Source: Myxococcota bacterium (lineage in GTDB: Bacteria; Myxococcota_A; UBA796; SXON01). Taken from it: a stretch of 64,000 nt of DNA. The stretch lies in assembly GCA_040386535.1 (NCBI GenBank), contig JAZKFH010000015.1, forward strand, positions 96,001-160,000, in the 5' to 3' direction. A model generated the notes under the pieces. That model made no database searches. It had not been told where the DNA came from and was given only the letters and a program-made list of their open reading frames with translations. The position numbers and the translations under genes are program-made. Position 1 is the stretch's first letter, and every line of letters starts with the position of its first letter. This document shows positions 56,000 to 64,000 of this stretch, piece by piece.

Positions 56000-57892
56000 T
56001 CACCCCGCGCCGGGGCCCCCGGTGTAGCCGCGGTCGTTGCGCGAGCCGTCTGGATCCGCCCACGTGCGGTAGTCGCGCGGGCCCGCGCCGTCCTCCGGGC
56101 CGCTGTCGACCGCGGGGGAGGCGGGATCGAGCGTGAGCAGGTCGTTCGTGGCGTCGCCGTCGTCCGACCAGGTGGTGAAGAGCGGGTCGTCGACGCGGTT
56201 GCCGTTGTCGTCCGAGTAGGCGCCGAGCTCCAGGTCCTCGCCAGCGTTGCCGTAGGCGAGCGTGTACGCGACGGAGGCGCCGGAGTCGTAGGAGGTCCAC
56301 ACGCCGTTGGAGCCGCCCGACCACGCCACGATGTTCGAGCCGACGTAGAGCGAGGCGCCAAAGTCGGTGCGGACGTAGAGCCCGCCGCCGTAGCCGCCCG
56401 CGTCGTTGCCGACGATCGTGTTGTTGGCGACCACGAGCCCGAGCGGGACCCCGGTCACCGCGAGGCCGCCGCCCTCGTCGTCGGCCGCGTTGCCGACCAC
56501 GAGCAGGTTGCGGAGGGTGCCGGTCGTGTCGTCGTCGATGTAGATGGCCCCGCCCTGCTCGCCGGCGGCGTTGTCGCGGAACGTGGCGCCTTCGATGTCG
56601 GCGCTCCCGCCCCGCACGAGCACGGCGCCGCCCGCCTCTTCGCTGGCGTTCGCGACGAACGACGCGTTGTCGACCAGGAGGGTGGACTGCTGCGCGAGCA
56701 CGGCGCCGCCGGCCTTGGCGTCGTTCCACCCCCACCAGCTCCCGACGTCGGTGAGGGTCCCGTTCCAGGCGTACACCGCGCCGCCGTCGTTGACCGCGGA
56801 GTTGCCCTCCAGCGCGCACCCGTTCAACGCCACGGTGCCGTTCTCGATCGCGATCGCGCCGCCGTCCTGGGTGGTGGCGTTGTCGACGAGGCGCACGTGC
56901 GTGAGCGAGGCCGATCCGCCGTACACGTAGAGGGCGCCGCCGTCTCCGAGGGTGCCGCGGGCTCCCGACAGCGTCAGCGTCTCGAGGGTCAGCCGGCCCT
57001 CGGTGCCGACGGAGAAGGCGCGTGCGCCGGGCGGCGGGGTGATCTCCACGTCGGACGCGTCGTCCACGGCGCCGCGCAGCGTGAGCGCGCCCTCGTCCAG
57101 CGTGACGTTCGCCATGTGCGTGCCGGGGAGGAGCACCACGGTGCGGCACCGGGCGTCCAGGTTGTCGAGCGCGGCGGCGATCGTGGCGAAGGGCGCCGCC
57201 GCGGTGCCGTCCGCCACCTGGTCCGCGTCTGGCGCGACGAGGAGCGGGAAGGCTGCGGGATCGGTGTCGTCACAGTCCCCGGCGGCGTCGCAGGGGGAAT
57301 GGCCGTCGCCGTCCAGGTCGAGGTCGTCCGCGGCGCCGGAGCAGTCCTGGTCGACCCCGTCGCAGGTCTCGGCCACGCCGGGGTGCACGGCGGCGTCGGC
57401 ATCGTCACAGTCGCCCTGCTCCTCCGTGAGGCCGTCGCCGTCGTCGTCCACGGTCGGGTCCGTGGGGGGCGCCGAGTCCACCTCGCCGCCGGTGTCCGTG
57501 TCTACCAGGCCGTCCACGCCCGTCGCGCTCAGCGGCACCACGATCACGGGCTCGTCGGGGTCGTCCGAGCGGATCTCGAGCTGGGTCGAGCTGGCCCCTT
57601 CGACCAGCGGCGCGAAGGTGACCTCCACCACCGAGGTGGCGCCGGCGAACAAATCGGCGGTGTCGACGCTGGCCAGGGACCACGCGCGGATGGAGCCGTT
57701 CGCGAGGGTGATCCCCTTGAACGTCGCGATGCCGGGGCCCTGGTTGATGATGGTGACCTCAGCGGTCGCCACGCCGCCGAGCGCCACGTCGCCGAGGTCG
57801 AGCGAGGCGGGAGACACCTCGACCGAGGGCGTGTCCCCCTCGGCAACACACCCCAGCAGCACGAGCAGGGGGAGACAGCGGAGCGAGGGCAT
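56000..57892 (-). CDS. Lipoprotein with an Ig-like (ASH/choice-of-anchor D) domain, MopE-type repeats and a right-handed beta-helix
   Basis: LLGC; LDLGDV...IINQG...F.P...SDDPDEP; DCDD..PG.AETCDGVDQDC; repeated N.A..GGA. Confidence 0.8.
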   Translation of the reverse strand: MPSLRCLPLLVLLGCVAEGDTPSVEVSPASLDLGDVALGGVATAEVTIINQGPGIATFKGITLANGSIRAWSLASVDTADLFAGATSVVEVTFAPLVEGASSTQLEIRSDDPDEPVIVVPLSATGVDGLVDTDTGGEVDSAPPTDPTVDDDGDGLTEEQGDCDDADAAVHPGVAETCDGVDQDCSGAADDLDLDGDGHSPCDAAGDCDDTDPAAFPLLVAPDADQVADGTAAAPFATIAAALDNLDARCRTVVLLPGTHMANVTLDEGALTLRGAVDDASDVEITPPPGARAFSVGTEGRLTLETLTLSGARGTLGDGGALYVYGGSASLTHVRLVDNATTQDGGAIAIENGTVALNGCALEGNSAVNDGGAVYAWNGTLTDVGSWWGWNDAKAGGAVLAQQSTLLVDNASFVANASEEAGGAVLVRGGSADIEGATFRDNAAGEQGGAIYIDDDTTGTLRNLLVVGNAADDEGGGLAVTGVPLGLVVANNTIVGNDAGGYGGGLYVRTDFGASLYVGSNIVAWSGGSNGVWTSYDSGASVAYTLAYGNAGEDLELGAYSDDNGNRVDDPLFTTWSDDGDATNDLLTLDPASPAVDSGPEDGAGPRDYRTWADPDGSRNDRGYTGGPGAG

Positions 57893-58146
57893 GGCATCTC
57901 CCAATGGAAGCGAGTGGCAGGGGGTGCGTCCGCGTGGCAGGAATCCACGCGAACATGCGTCTGGCATATAGTGTGGGTCGATGTCGGCGTCGAACCAACG
58001 CGCACGCCGATTCGGACGGAAAGCGACGATGTCAACCGCGTTGTGTTGGTGTGTAACAGCTTCGTTCAGTCACGGGCGGGGAGGGGGCCGCCGCGAGCGC
58101 GACACGGGCCGCGCGCCGCGCTAAACAGGCCGGCCTGGAGGCATAC

Positions 58147-58611
58147 ATGGCGACGTTGATCGACGGCAAGGAAGGGCTCCTCTCCTTGAGCGGAACCCAG
58201 CTCGGAAGCTCGGAGTGGACCACGATGACCTACGAGCGCATCGTCGCGTTCGCGGGCGCCACCGGGGACCACCAGTGGATCCACGTCGATCGCGAGCGCA
58301 TCGCCAAGGAGTCGCCCTACGGCGCGCCCATCGCGCACGGCTACCTCACGCTGGCGCTGGTCGCCGGGCACTTCTTCGACGTGCTCGAGCTCGGCGGCTT
58401 CGCGATGATCATCAACTACGGCGCGAACAAGGTCCGCTTCCCCTCGCCGCTCAAGGAGGGGGACCGTTACCGCCTCTCCCTGGCCCTGGGCGAGGTCAAG
58501 GAGGCCGGCGGCTGGTACGAGGCGATCTTCCTCGCGACCATCGAGATCGAGGGCGCGAAGAAGCCGGCGTGTGTCGCGGAGTGTGTCTACCGCCTGCAGC
58601 CGGCCGCATAG
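58147..58611 (+). CDS. MaoC family dehydratase
   Basis: FAGATGDHQWIHVD, IAHGYLTL, NYGANKVRFPSP. Confidence 0.92.
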   Translation: MATLIDGKEGLLSLSGTQLGSSEWTTMTYERIVAFAGATGDHQWIHVDRERIAKESPYGAPIAHGYLTLALVAGHFFDVLELGGFAMIINYGANKVRFPSPLKEGDRYRLSLALGEVKEAGGWYEAIFLATIEIEGAKKPACVAECVYRLQPAA

Positions 58612-58655
58612 AGACGGCAGCGTAGAGGGGCGCGGTCGGGTCGGACGATCCGTGT

Positions 58656-58690
58656 CTCCGGGCGTTGCGGGGCGGAGCCCCGCCCCAGGA
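58656..58690 (-). repeat. REP-like intergenic repeat, copy 2
   Basis: Reverse complement TCCTGGGGCGGGGCTCCGCCCCGCAACGCCCGGAG nearly matches 23983-24020. Confidence 0.6.
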
Positions 58691-58721
58691 GGACGCGTGG
58701 CTCGCATTCCCCCGAACGCTT

Positions 58722-59408
58722 CTAGAAGTCGTCCTTCTTGATCGCCTTGGTCATGTCCTTGATGTAGGACGGCACGATGCTGAACCAGTAGTTGCGGTAG
58801 CCGCTGCCGCCGGGCTTCTTGCACACGCGCTCGGTCGAGATGACGGTCTTCTTCTCGAGCTGGATGAAGGTCGGCCACGCGCAGACCTCCTTGTCGGGGC
58901 CCGAGAAGCGGTCCATCACGAACACCAGCCCGATGCCCTTCTTGGTCTTGACCTTGTACTTCTTGACCATGTCCGTGATGACGGTCTGGTTCAGCTCGAC
59001 CGGCGTGTTCTTGGCGTCGTAGATGGACTCGAAGAACGCGTCGCCCTTGCGCTGGGTCTGGCCGGAGGGCGTGGGGAGGTCGACCAGGATCTCGCGCTGA
59101 AGCGCCTTCTCGATGTCCTCGACGTGGCTGTTCACCGCCATCGCGTTCCAATCGGCGATGAGCAGGTCCCACGCGTCCTTGGGCTTCTTGAAGCGCGTCA
59201 CCACGTCGCCGAGGCCGCCGCCCGGATCCCAGAACACGCGCTCCTCGGGGTCGTCGAAGGTCTCCGGCGTGAAGATGCGGACGCGGGAGAAGTCGAGGCC
59301 GAGCCACACCATCTCCGGGGCGGACTGGAGCTGGCTGGTGAGCTGGCCGGCGGACGCCTCTGACGACGAGCCCGTCAGCGCGAGGACGAAGAGGGAAAGG
59401 AACCACAT
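58722..59408 (-). CDS. Secreted hypothetical protein
   Basis: Signal peptide MWFLSLFVLAL; WLGLDFS...GGSGYRNYW. Confidence 0.72.
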   Translation of the reverse strand: MWFLSLFVLALTGSSSEASAGQLTSQLQSAPEMVWLGLDFSRVRIFTPETFDDPEERVFWDPGGGLGDVVTRFKKPKDAWDLLIADWNAMAVNSHVEDIEKALQREILVDLPTPSGQTQRKGDAFFESIYDAKNTPVELNQTVITDMVKKYKVKTKKGIGLVFVMDRFSGPDKEVCAWPTFIQLEKKTVISTERVCKKPGGSGYRNYWFSIVPSYIKDMTKAIKKDDF

Positions 59409-59557
59409 GGGAGGCGGATCTCCGCGGCTTGGAGCCGGGCCGAGAGGGGGGGCCCTGCGAGGGCGCGCGACGATAGCCCGGCCCGAGGCGATCGGCGACT
59501 TGTACCCGCAGTACCCGCGTGGCGCGGCGGCACTACCTTTGCTCGCGTGGAGGAAGC

Positions 59558-60415
59558 ATGGCCGAAACAAAGGTCCTCGAGCGCCCGCCCCAGAAGCAGG
59601 CGCCGCCCGGCAAGGAGAGCTTGATGCATCCGGAGCCCGTGGCGCGTCGCAAGCGCCGGGCCAGTGGCAAGCTCGAGGGGAAGGTGGCGATCGTCACCGG
59701 CGGGGACAGCGGCATCGGGCGCGCCGTGTCCGTGATGTTCGCGGAGGAGGGCGCCGACGTGGCGATCGTGTACCGCCAGTCCCATGACGACGCGAACGAG
59801 ACGCGGCGGATGGTGACGGGGGAGGGCCGCCGCTGCATCACGATCGCGGGGGATCTCGGCGATCCCGCCTTCTGCCAGCAGGTCGTGGACCGCGTGATGG
59901 GCGAGCTCGGCCACCTCGACGTCCTCGTGAACAACGCGGCCGAGCAGCACGTGGTCGACACGCCCGAGGACATCCCGACCGAGCAGATCGAGCGCACGTT
60001 CCGCACCAACATCTTCTCGATGTTCTACCTGACGAAGGCGGCGCTTCCCCACATGGAGTGCGGCTCCGCGATCATCAACACCACCTCGATCACGGCGTGG
60101 CGCGGCAGTGAGCACCTGCTCGACTACTCGGCCACCAAGGGCGCGATCGTGTCGTTCACCCGGTCGCTCGCGCGCATGGTCGCCGACCGCGGCATCCGCG
60201 TGAACGGCGTGGCGCCGGGCCCCATCTGGACGCCGCTCATCCCGTCGACGTTCCCGCCCGAGGCGATCCCGGACTTCGGCAAGGACACGCTGCTCAAGCG
60301 GCCCGGGGAGCCCGCCGAGGTCGCGCCCTGCTACGTGTTCCTCGCCTCGGAGGACGCGTCCTACATGACGGGGCAGTTCCTGCACCCGAACGGCGGCGAG
60401 ATCGCGGGGACGTAG
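59558..60415 (+). CDS. SDR oxidoreductase (YdaD/YghA general-stress type)
   Basis: TGGDSGIGRA, NNAA, YSATKG, VAPGPIWTPL; GGAGG SD. Confidence 0.93.
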   Translation: MAETKVLERPPQKQAPPGKESLMHPEPVARRKRRASGKLEGKVAIVTGGDSGIGRAVSVMFAEEGADVAIVYRQSHDDANETRRMVTGEGRRCITIAGDLGDPAFCQQVVDRVMGELGHLDVLVNNAAEQHVVDTPEDIPTEQIERTFRTNIFSMFYLTKAALPHMECGSAIINTTSITAWRGSEHLLDYSATKGAIVSFTRSLARMVADRGIRVNGVAPGPIWTPLIPSTFPPEAIPDFGKDTLLKRPGEPAEVAPCYVFLASEDASYMTGQFLHPNGGEIAGT

Positions 60416-60435
60416 CCCCGGAACTCAGCGCCGGG

Positions 60436-61398
60436 TCAACCCGTGTCGACCGCGTCCAGCCGCTCGCGGAGGAACGAGAACGAGCGCGTCTCCCCGTCGC
60501 GCTCGACCTCGAGCACTACGCGGCTGCCCTCGCGCCCGGTGCCGAGGGTGATGAACGCGTCGTCCGTCAGCCCGGCGGTTGACTCGCCGTCGACCGACGT
60601 GATGATGTCGCCGACCTCCAGCCCGGCCTCCTCCGCGGGAGTGCCCGGGTGGATCATGTTCACCCGGGCGCCGCGGTCGCGCAGCATGCGGAAGGCGATG
60701 CCCATCCCGGCGATCGGCGCGTCATCCACCACCAGCTCGAGCCCACGCGCGTCGAACGCGGTCACGACGATCGGCTCGCTGCGGCGGGTGAGGATCCCGT
60801 CCTGGTAGAGCGCGCGCACGCTGCACGAGGCCGCGCCCGCGTACCCCACGAAGGCACCGCCCTCGGAGGTGTAGACCCGCTGGCCACATACGTACACGCT
60901 GGTGCCCGCGATCGGCTTGCCGTCGAGGTTCTGGACGGACCCGGTCACGCGCCAGCCCTCGGCGCCGAGGGTGCAGGTCTCCACGTCCCCGGGCTCGGCG
61001 TCGAGGCGGCCGAGCTGCACGGCGGCGGACTCGTCCAGCCGCCAGTAGATGCTCCACGCCCCCGCGGGGAGGCGCAGGGACAGGTCGCTGCCGCTCTTGC
61101 GCACGTCGCCGTCGCCCACGCCCATCGCCACGAGGGTGCCGGGCGAACCCTCCCCGTCGAACTGGCAGCGGACGACCACGTCGTCGTCCTCCTGGCGGGT
61201 GACGCGGCGCTCGTCCGGCTCGCCGAGGTCACGCCCGGCGAGCACCTGCGGCACCTTGCGGCCCCCGAACGTGCGCGTCAGCGGGCTCTTCTTCACGCTC
61301 GCGGCGAGCCAGAGCCCGAAGGTCAGCAGCAGCAACAGGGCGCCGACGGCGATCCACACAGGTCGCGTGCGGAGCTTCGAGCCGGCGGGCTCGCTCAT
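60436..61398 (-). CDS. Membrane-anchored protein with a carboxypeptidase-regulatory-like domain and a PDZ domain
   Basis: TM; VTGSVQNLDGKPIAG; GMGI...PGTPAEEAGLEVGDIITSVDG. Confidence 0.8.
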   Translation of the reverse strand: MSEPAGSKLRTRPVWIAVGALLLLLTFGLWLAASVKKSPLTRTFGGRKVPQVLAGRDLGEPDERRVTRQEDDDVVVRCQFDGEGSPGTLVAMGVGDGDVRKSGSDLSLRLPAGAWSIYWRLDESAAVQLGRLDAEPGDVETCTLGAEGWRVTGSVQNLDGKPIAGTSVYVCGQRVYTSEGGAFVGYAGAASCSVRALYQDGILTRRSEPIVVTAFDARGLELVVDDAPIAGMGIAFRMLRDRGARVNMIHPGTPAEEAGLEVGDIITSVDGESTAGLTDDAFITLGTGREGSRVVLEVERDGETRSFSFLRERLDAVDTG

Positions 61399-61420
61399 GC
61401 CGATCCTCCCTCGTCCGGAA

Positions 61421-63037
61421 CTATAGCGGCTCGACCTCGTACAGCACCATGCCCGGGTTCTCGCGCAAGGCGTACTGCAGCGGCCAGATGCTCTCGGAGA
61501 GCACGACGGGCCGCCCGTGGCGGTCCTCGACCACGTTGTAGTCGCGGCGCGCCATCATCCACGCGAGGCCCTTGGGATCGCCGCCGATCCAGCGGGCGAA
61601 GCGGAAGGGGCTCGGGTCGAGCACGGCCTTGACGTTGTACTCGGTCTCCAGGCGGGACAGGAGCACCTCGAACTGGAGCTGCCCGACCGCGCCCAGGTAC
61701 GGATCCTGCTCGCCGATGTCGGGGCGGATGAACAGCTGGATCGCGCCCTCTTGCGAGAGCTGGGTGAGCCCCGCGACGAGGTGCTTGCGCTTCAGAGGGT
61801 CCTTGAGCTTCACGCGGCCGAAGTGTTCGGGCGCGAAGCGGGGGATGCCTTCGTAGGCGATGGGCTCGCCGACGTAGAGCGTGTCGCCGATGCGGAGCTG
61901 GCCGGGATCGAACAGACCCACGACGTCGCCGGGCCACGCCTCCTCCACCAGCACGCGCTCCTGGGCGAGGAAGCTGTGGGGTTTGGAGAGCCGCACGGTG
62001 TCGCCGGTGCGCTGCACCTTCACGTCCATCCCGCGCTCGAACCGCCCGGACTGCACGCGCAGGAACGCCACGCGGTCCCGGTGCCGCGGGTTCATGTTCG
62101 CCTGGATCTTGAAGATGAAGCCCGTGAAGCTCGGATCCTCCGGCATCCGCGGCGTGCCCGTGCAGGCGCGCGGGCGGGGGCCGGGGGCCATGTCCACCAT
62201 GGCTTCGAGGAAGGGCTGGACGCCGAAGTTGGTCATGGCGGAGCCGAAGAACACCGGGGTCTGCTTGCCCGCGAGGAACTTGGCCTGGTCGTAGGTTTCC
62301 CCGGCGCCGTTGAGAAGATCGAGCTCGTCGATCAGCTGGAGCGCGAGGTTCTCGGGGAGATCCTCGGGGCGGACGCGCTGCTGGTCGACAAGATCGACGC
62401 CGCGGTTTCCGCCGGTGAACCGCAACACGTCCCCCGTGCTGCGCTCGGCCACGCCGATGAACTCCTTGCCGCTGCCGACCGGCCAGTTCACCGCGGCGCA
62501 CTGGATGCCGAGGGCGGCGCCCACGTCGTCCAGGAGCTGCAGGGGCTCGATGCCCTCGCGGTCACACTTGTTGATGAGCGTGAGGACGGGGATGCCGCGC
62601 AGGCGACACACGTCGAACAACTTGCGCGTGCGCTCCTCGACGCCCTTCGCGTTGTCGATGAGCATGACCGCGCAGTCGACCGCCGCGAGCACGCGGTAGG
62701 TGTCCTCGGAGAAGTCGGCGTGGCCCGGCGTGTCGAGCAGGTTCAGCCGCTTGCCCCGGTAGTCGAACTGGAGAACGGACGACGTGATCGAGATGCCGCG
62801 CTCCTTCTCCATCGCCATCCAGTCGGAGACCGCGTGCCGGCTGGCCTTGCGCGACTTGACCGCGCCCGCCATGTGGATCGCGCCGCCGTAGAGCAGCAGC
62901 TTCTCCGTGAGCGTGGTCTTCCCGGCGTCCGGGTGGGAGATGATCGCGAACGTGCGGCGCCGCGCCGCCTCGGTGGCGAGCTGCTCGGTGGCGGTGCTCG
63001 ACTCGGCGAGGCCCGTATTTGTAGTTGGAGTGTCCAT
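61421..63037 (-). CDS. prfC: Peptide chain release factor 3
   Basis: RRRTFAIISHPDAGKTT, DTPGHADFSEDTYR, NKCD, IQANMNPRHRDR, GAVGQLQFEV. Confidence 0.97.
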   Translation of the reverse strand: MDTPTTNTGLAESSTATEQLATEAARRRTFAIISHPDAGKTTLTEKLLLYGGAIHMAGAVKSRKASRHAVSDWMAMEKERGISITSSVLQFDYRGKRLNLLDTPGHADFSEDTYRVLAAVDCAVMLIDNAKGVEERTRKLFDVCRLRGIPVLTLINKCDREGIEPLQLLDDVGAALGIQCAAVNWPVGSGKEFIGVAERSTGDVLRFTGGNRGVDLVDQQRVRPEDLPENLALQLIDELDLLNGAGETYDQAKFLAGKQTPVFFGSAMTNFGVQPFLEAMVDMAPGPRPRACTGTPRMPEDPSFTGFIFKIQANMNPRHRDRVAFLRVQSGRFERGMDVKVQRTGDTVRLSKPHSFLAQERVLVEEAWPGDVVGLFDPGQLRIGDTLYVGEPIAYEGIPRFAPEHFGRVKLKDPLKRKHLVAGLTQLSQEGAIQLFIRPDIGEQDPYLGAVGQLQFEVLLSRLETEYNVKAVLDPSPFRFARWIGGDPKGLAWMMARRDYNVVEDRHGRPVVLSESIWPLQYALRENPGMVLYEVEPL

Positions 63038-63148
63038 CGTGCGGCGGGCTAACCGGTAACGGGGGGCGCCGCGCCCCCGCCGAGAGACTTCGCCCGGGCA
63101 CCGCGCGGGTGGCCCTCGCGCGGCATCACCCGATTAGGAGGGGCTTTG

Positions 63149-64000
63149 ATGCGTCCGCCCCTCCGTCCGCTCGCCCGGTTCGGCCTCCTCTTCGGCGCCG
63201 CCGCCGGCTCGGCGGAGGTCGCCCTGCGCGCCACGCCCCGGCAGGGCCTCGGCCTGGCGGACCTCACCACGTGGCTCGCCGCCTCGATCGGCCTCGGCGC
63301 CACCTTCGGCCTCGCTCTCGCCGGCGCCGCGTGGATCGTGGGCCGCCGCAGCTACGGGCTCGTGCTCGCCGGCCTGCTCGGGCTGCACGCGGCGGTCAAC
63401 TACCGCTTCGAGGTGGTGCTCAACAACTTCGTGCGCGACCCGCGCGTGTGGGGCGGCCTCGGCGCCGTGCTCGTCGTGGCGCTGCTGGTCGGCCTCGCCG
63501 CCGACCGGTGGTTGGTCCGGGTGCAGCGCCCGCTCCGCTTCCTCCTCCTCGGCCTGCTCGTCGGCGGCGCCGGGCTGACCTTCGTCCGGGCCGGTGGGGC
63601 CCAGGGGCGCGCGGGCCCGCGGCCGAAGGTGCTCGTGATCAGCCTGGACACGACGCGGCCGGACCACCTCTCTCCTTACGGCCACACGATCGACACCCCG
63701 GTCCTCGCGCGCCTTGCCCGCGAGGGCGTCGTGTTCGACCAGGCGATCGCCGCCGCGCCCATCACGGAGCCGAGCCACCTCGCGATGTTCACCGGGCGGC
63801 CGCCGCTGGTCACCGGCGTGGTCAGCAACGGCACCAACCTGGGCGACCGCCCCGAGCTGCTCTGGCGCACGCTCCAGACCGAGGGCTACCTGACGGCCGG
63901 CTTCGTGGCCGGCTTTCCCCTCCACGGAAAGTACGGCTGGGCGCAGGGGATGAACGTCTACGACGACGACTTCGGCGCTGTCGCGGGCCTCCAGAACCTC
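63149..64000 (+). CDS. Membrane-anchored sulfatase-like hydrolase/transferase (3' partial)
   Basis: Manual translation: N-terminal TMs, VISLDTTRPDHL, APITEPSHLAMFTG; AGGAGG SD. Confidence 0.85.
   Translation, partial: MRPPLRPLARFGLLFGAAAGSAEVALRATPRQGLGLADLTTWLAASIGLGATFGLALAGAAWIVGRRSYGLVLAGLLGLHAAVNYRFEVVLNNFVRDPRVWGGLGAVLVVALLVGLAADRWLVRVQRPLRFLLLGLLVGGAGLTFVRAGGAQGRAGPRPKVLVISLDTTRPDHLSPYGHTIDTPVLARLAREGVVFDQAIAAAPITEPSHLAMFTGRPPLVTGVVSNGTNLGDRPELLWRTLQTEGYLTAGFVAGFPLHGKYGWAQGMNVYDDDFGAVAGLQNL

Noticed and set aside
58050..58072. Second FadR-type box upstream of the MaoC gene
   Set aside because: Only one imperfect half-site (TCGTTCA)

Overview
A GC-rich (by eye roughly 70%), gene-dense chromosomal segment of a bacterium that looks Myxococcota-like: two MYXO-CTERM-like tails, MopE-type Cys/Asp repeats and an AgmX/PglI-like domain. 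It carries about 55 CDS and one tRNA-Arg(CCT). I saw no transposase, integrase, prophage or CRISPR array. Housekeeping and metabolic genes include bioB, a fadN-fadA beta-oxidation pair, a plsB-like acyltransferase, a thioesterase, MoxR-DUF58-transglutaminase, MaoC, an SDR and prfC. The most notable block is a ~13 kb nitrite/NO respiration island (29075-42392). It holds a lipoprotein NirK fused to cytochrome c, NirV-like and SCO genes, norCBQD with a di-heme NorC and a Glu-to-Lys change in the NorB GR(E)FLE motif, hemerythrin-ywiC-nnrS, and a DUF1858/DUF2249-membrane protein-DUF59 unit. Each of its four transcription units has a sigma54-type -24/-12 element, yet no activator or FNR/DNR box is visible. 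Other signals: a YsiA/FadR-type operator at fadN, paired LysR boxes at terC, a ComEC-MBL/DUF3006/ComEA module with an odd start, recurrent ultra-short uncharged lipoprotein signals with probable leaderless promoters, two degenerate P-loop NTPases, an orphan DNA methyltransferase, and an adenylating enzyme coupled to an HX4Q acyltransferase. Product calls come from motif recognition by eye; no database searches were run.
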